From contig CBDCNP010000002.1 in the NCBI GenBank assembly GCA_965219415.1, positions 4,160,001 through 4,224,000 of the forward strand: 64,000 bases of DNA, in the 5' to 3' direction. Position numbers and translations under genes: made by a program. The notes under the pieces were generated by a model, which worked only from the letters and a program-made list of their open reading frames with translations, was not told where the DNA came from and made no database searches. The DNA comes from Candidatus Marinacidobacterales bacterium (lineage in GTDB: Bacteria; Acidobacteriota; Vicinamibacteria; Marinacidobacterales; DATDRI01). Numbering within the stretch: the stretch's first letter is position 1; every line of letters begins with the position of its first letter. Shown here one piece after another: positions 59,770 through 64,000 of this stretch.

Positions 59770-60259
59770 CGGTTTACCCGTCGTGTCCAAAAACACAAAC
59801 GAACTCAAGACCTGTGTCGCAAGCTAGACGGAACGGATGCTCTGGAGGGCCGAGTTTTGGCAAAGGATGCCGTCAAGCGTACTCGCTAATCAGATCAAAA
59901 ATATCCGGAAGAAACGTAATCTGACGACGGTCGAGCTTTTCACGCTGGGCGAGCGGGACGGCCCTGAACCATTCGTCTTTGGTCTGGGGAAGGCGGCGCG
60001 AAAGGGATTCGACCATTTCTTCGCTCAGGATTCCGTTCTGTCTTTCGGGAAACTGGTGCTTCCGCCATCAAGTGTTGCTACGCGGCTGCGGGCAGTGGTT
60101 CAGGTGCGGAAGAGACCGGGTTGCGCGCCCCAGTGAGCAGGAAAACCTCGATCCGCAACCACAAAGGAATCGTCGTCGCCAAGAAGATGGGTGCTTCCGC
60201 CATTAAGTACGGGGGCGCTGAGAGCGTGGGCCGATTCATTGAAAGCCGCCCCGCGCGGT

Positions 60260-60454
60260 GGTGCGCAACCGACGAGCATCGCGATGATCTACTGTCGCCT
60301 GGGAGATAAAGAACGGGCGTTCGAGTTCCTAGAACAAGGCTACCAAGAACGAATGCGAGGCCTGGTGTACCTTCAGGTAGAACCGCAGTACGATCCGATC
60401 CGCAGCGATCCGAGATTCCAGGACATGCTAGCTCGAATGAATTTCCCGAAGTGA
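60260..60454 (+). pseudogene. C-terminal fragment of a TPR-type protein
   Basis: LGDKERAFEFLE...DPIRSDPRFQDML. Confidence 0.6.
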
Positions 60455-60476
60455 TACCAAGAAAGGAGCAGGGCCA

Positions 60477-60893
60477 GTGATGAAGACATTCCATGTGTTG
60501 GGGGCAATTGCCCTTCTGTTCGGACTCGTTTCGTGCCAACCCGCGCAGCAGGCGCAGCAAGCTGAGCCGGCGGAGCCTCCCATGAAAGAGGAACCCGTCA
60601 AGCTATCACCTGCTGAGCAAATGGAGAAAATCAATGCGGCGCTCGACGACACCAAGTCCGAGCTGGCCAACGCCGGCAAATACAGCTGTTGCACCTTTCC
60701 GAGCTGCAATTGGTGCGCTCTCCACGAAGGACAATGTGCCTGCTACCCGAACGTCGAGGCCAAGAAAGAGGTCTGCCCCGGATGCGGTCTCGGTTGGCAC
60801 AATGGCAACGGAATGGTGGATGGCTTTACGGCCAAGGATGTGAAATGGAACATCACGCATGAGCATCCCGCTGAGGGAGGTCACGCCCACTGA
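60477..60893 (+). CDS. Cys-rich lipoprotein
   Basis: Lipobox LVSC; CC..C..C..CAC..CPGC. Confidence 0.7.
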   Translation: MMKTFHVLGAIALLFGLVSCQPAQQAQQAEPAEPPMKEEPVKLSPAEQMEKINAALDDTKSELANAGKYSCCTFPSCNWCALHEGQCACYPNVEAKKEVCPGCGLGWHNGNGMVDGFTAKDVKWNITHEHPAEGGHAH

Positions 60894-60904
60894 GGAGGTT
60901 AACG

Positions 60905-61540
60905 ATGAAAACCAAAGTGGCAAGTGTATTCGTGGGACTATTGGTCGTGATGGCGACCCACCTGGGCGCACGCGCGGAAACGCAGCAGCCACGAGCCAAA
61001 TCGGTCAAGAAAGATCTTACCGCGGTGGAGCCCGATCCGAACGACACCAAGGTCTTCCCTCTCTACTCGTGGAATCAACGGCTCCCCGGGACCAAGCGTT
61101 TCGAACTGGTCTTCAACGGTAGTGGAGTACTCGACCGAGAGACCGGGTTGGTATGGCAGCGCTACATCGGTGGGAGTCACGATGGTCTTAATTGGCAGGG
61201 TGCGCTGCAGTATTGCTGGCAAGCCCAATCTGGAAAGCGTATGGGATGGCGTCTTCCTACCGCGGAGGAGTTCACCAGCCTTTTGGAGGTTGGTGGGCGG
61301 ACCGGTCGAGAACCTCGGCTACCAGCCGGCCACCCGTTCAAGTCCGACAAGGGACAAAACTTTCGGGGTGGCGGTGTTTTTTGGTCGAGCAGCCGATTCC
61401 TGCCCCCCCACGAATCGAGCGTCAGGGAGATCGTGATGCAGTGCGGTACATATGACGGTTACAACGGCTTTCCGTTCTCCACCGTCAGCACCATGAAGGG
61501 CTCGGTGTGGTGCGTACGCGGAAACAACAACTCCAACTAA
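60905..61540 (+). CDS. DUF1566 (Lcl-like) domain protein
   Basis: VLDRETGLVWQ, WRLPT.EE..SL, FWSSS, VWCVR. Confidence 0.85.
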   Translation: MKTKVASVFVGLLVVMATHLGARAETQQPRAKSVKKDLTAVEPDPNDTKVFPLYSWNQRLPGTKRFELVFNGSGVLDRETGLVWQRYIGGSHDGLNWQGALQYCWQAQSGKRMGWRLPTAEEFTSLLEVGGRTGREPRLPAGHPFKSDKGQNFRGGGVFWSSSRFLPPHESSVREIVMQCGTYDGYNGFPFSTVSTMKGSVWCVRGNNNSN

Positions 61541-61549
61541 GTGATCGCC

Positions 61550-62392
61550 ATGGCAAAGAACAGAGTAGAAAACAAGGTAAGTCTCGACAACCCGGACATC
61601 AGCCAACCGAATCGCAAGAAGATCAAGAACAAAATCTATGAGAAGGTCCTCGCCGGTTTCCAAGTAGAGCTGGTCAAGCTTCAGAAGTGGATCAAGGACA
61701 AGGGCCTCAAGGTCGTCGTGATCTTCGAGGGCCGAGATGCGGCGGGCAAGGGTGGCTCCATCCGACGCATTACGCAAAGTCTCAATCCGCGCATCTGCCG
61801 GGTGGTGGCGCTCGGGACGCCCACCGAGCGAGAGAAAACGCAATGGTACTTCCAACGCTACGTCGCTCACCTCCCGACCGCGGGAGAGATGGTTCTCTTC
61901 GATCGAAGCTGGTACAACCGGGCGGGCGTCGAGCGGGTGATGGGGTTCTGTACCGAGGAGGAGTATCAAGAGTTCCTCCGTTCCGCACCGGAGTTCGAGC
62001 GCATGCTGGTTCGCTCCGGCGTTCAGGTCATCAAGTACTGGTTCTCGGTGAGCGATGAAGAACAGGAGCGTCGGTTCAAACAGCGCATCAAGGACCCCAT
62101 TCGCCGCTGGAAGATCAGCGAGATGGACTTGAAATCGCGCGGGAAATGGGTCGAGTACTCGATGGCCAAGGACGAGATGTTCAAATACACCGACATCAAG
62201 CAAGCGCCCTGGTTCGTCGTGCTTGCGGACGACAAGAAGCGGGCCCGACTCAATGTAATCGCTCACTTGCTAGATCAGATTCCCTACAATGAGCTCAAGG
62301 ACCCCAAGATCAAATTGCCGGATCGCCAGGAGAACGTCGGTTACGTTCGGCCGCCGATCACCGAACAGACTTTTGTTCCCGAAGTGTACTAG
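61550..62392 (+). CDS. ppk2: Polyphosphate kinase 2
   Basis: FEGRDAAGKGG, FDRSWYNR, DDKKRARLN. Confidence 0.95.
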   Translation: MAKNRVENKVSLDNPDISQPNRKKIKNKIYEKVLAGFQVELVKLQKWIKDKGLKVVVIFEGRDAAGKGGSIRRITQSLNPRICRVVALGTPTEREKTQWYFQRYVAHLPTAGEMVLFDRSWYNRAGVERVMGFCTEEEYQEFLRSAPEFERMLVRSGVQVIKYWFSVSDEEQERRFKQRIKDPIRRWKISEMDLKSRGKWVEYSMAKDEMFKYTDIKQAPWFVVLADDKKRARLNVIAHLLDQIPYNELKDPKIKLPDRQENVGYVRPPITEQTFVPEVY

Positions 62393-62840
62393 GAAGAAGA
62401 GACCATCTTAGAGGAGACCGGATGTCCCAATTGAAAAACTTGCGCACTTCCCTTGTTCTCGTAGCCCTGCTTGCCGCCACGCCTTCCTTCGCCGGCGACG
62501 GCGAAATCACCGGCGGTGCTTGCGCCATTTACTGTTGGTGATGTGTGCGCATCCCTTTGCAAAAGAGGCGCTTACGCTCCATTTAGCGCGCAGCGAAGGT
62601 CACGAGCGCTATTTGGGCTGTAATTTAATGCACCATATAGTCTTAGCGTCATCTCACCAACACTTGATGGCGGAAGCACCATTCTTATTTCCACGGGAAG
62701 CGGGACGGATCCGCACAGGACGGGGTCATCGACTCTCCACGGGCCGACGTCGAGCTCGACGTACTATTTGCACCATACGGGGTGATGTGATTGACATCAT
62801 CGTCCAGCTGCCATTGGAGTCTTCACTCTCATGTCCTCGG

Positions 62841-63338
62841 TCAGCGTGGATCATTTGGCGCAACATTCAGTCGCGTGTGAAACAGTCTGGCGAAATCAAC
62901 GTTCCTCCGATCTCTATCGTTCAAGCTGCCAAGCCGCTCGGCCAGTTCAAGTGCCGCGCCGCCCGCCGCCGGGACAGCGATCGTAGTACCGTCCGGATGG
63001 AACTCTGTAAACAGCTCGTATTCAGCGAGCACGCCTTCCATGCCTCCAATGAACACGGCCGCGACAAGGTCGTCCCGTGAAAGCATTGCCTTTCTCATCC
63101 TAAGAAGACTGGCTTCCCGATCGCCCGGTACTGCTTCAACATATTCCACGTTACCAAACCGGAGGTTTTCCTCTGGAAACATGTCGGCAAAAAACCTGCT
63201 CTGATACAGGACAACGGCTTCAGAATAGGCTACTCTGAGGCTCTCACACACTGCCCACACCATTGGCGTGATCGCCGGATGCCCACCCCAGACGATCCGG
63301 AGACGGCCGAGTGTGACGGCGACGAACTCCCGTACTGC
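62841..63338 (-). pseudogene. SLOG-superfamily protein, 5'-truncated
   Basis: WGGHPAITP, QSRFF, SLLRMR, AVFIGGMEGV; cut at the end at 63339. Confidence 0.65.
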
Positions 63339-63652
63339 TGTGCCTTCTATTTATTCATCCGCCAGCCCATGGGTCGGAAGTCAGCCCTGCGGCGCGAAAT
63401 ACCATGGATTCTGCGCGGATTCCAAGGGCGTCTAAGCTGCTGATTTGTGGTCTATTTCTAAAGGGCCGAGTTTTGGCACAGGACGGGATCACAGCTGTTC
63501 CCAGCCAGCGACCAGTTGCATCAGTCCGAGCGCAAAGGTGCGCTCCCGTGAACGGCTTGGCGGGTTGCTCCGTTTCTACCATCGGGAAGCCGCATGAGTA
63601 TTTTGACCTCACGAGGAAATTTTCAGTGAGCAAACGCCTGCCGGGAGCGGGC

Positions 63653-64000
63653 TCAGCCCTCGGCGGGCAGACGAAGACTGAACTCGACCGCGATCTCTCG
63701 TAGCTTCGCCTGGATCCGCTGGACGTTGTCCGGTCCCATGCGAAGAAGCTGTCTCTGAACGGGCGGGAGGTCTTCGATCCACTGCTCGGAGTAAGTGTAG
63801 TTGACGCTTACTGTCTCGACAGCCATATCACCCCGAACAATGGGTGTTTTCAGCACGACCGCGAAGGCTATGGTCAGAACGTCCTCGAATGACTGCTCGC
63901 CGTAGCCGAGTTCCTGATACGCCTCGTCGACTAGGGGTCTCACAGTGCGGTACGTTTCGACGAGGCCAGCGGAATCGAGGGAAACGAAGAGGTCGACGTA
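63653..64000 (-). CDS. DUF3014-like protein, C-terminal part
   Basis: PLVDEAYQELGY, QRQLLRMGPDN..IQAKLRE. Confidence 0.7.
   Translation of the reverse strand, partial: YVDLFVSLDSAGLVETYRTVRPLVDEAYQELGYGEQSFEDVLTIAFAVVLKTPIVRGDMAVETVSVNYTYSEQWIEDLPPVQRQLLRMGPDNVQRIQAKLREIAVEFSLRLPAEG

Overview
GC-rich bacterial DNA. The gene content (Ser/Thr kinase with PD40 propeller, VPS10-type hydrolase, HNH protein, TonB receptor) suggests Acidobacteriota, which is an inference. About 42-56.5 kb is an ordinary run of intact genes. The rest (2.4-42 kb and 56.5-64 kb) is a dense patchwork of unrelated single genes, small operons and gene fragments, joined by two families of short mobile-element ends. The first is about 45-50 copies (manual count) of a degenerate 18-bp end, roughly GARTWWWWNSAMNNSACR read outward, linked to an rve/DDE integrase-core transposase (intact copy 38663-39733). 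The second is about 30 copies of the inverted repeat GGTGCTTCCGCCATNAAGTGTTG of an IS1-family element (8027-9226) and its MITEs. Hybrid MITEs with one end of each family recur, and target-site duplications are almost absent. An IS110/IS1111 element (11993-13435) sits inside the IS1-type inverted repeat, and its downstream non-coding region contains guide segments matching both that target and its own circle junction, i.e. a bridge/seekRNA readable from the sequence. Also present are three IS3 copies, IS256 and IS21 relics and a HigBA toxin-antitoxin pair. No rRNA, tRNA, CRISPR array or reverse transcriptase was seen. All coordinates and counts were read by eye.
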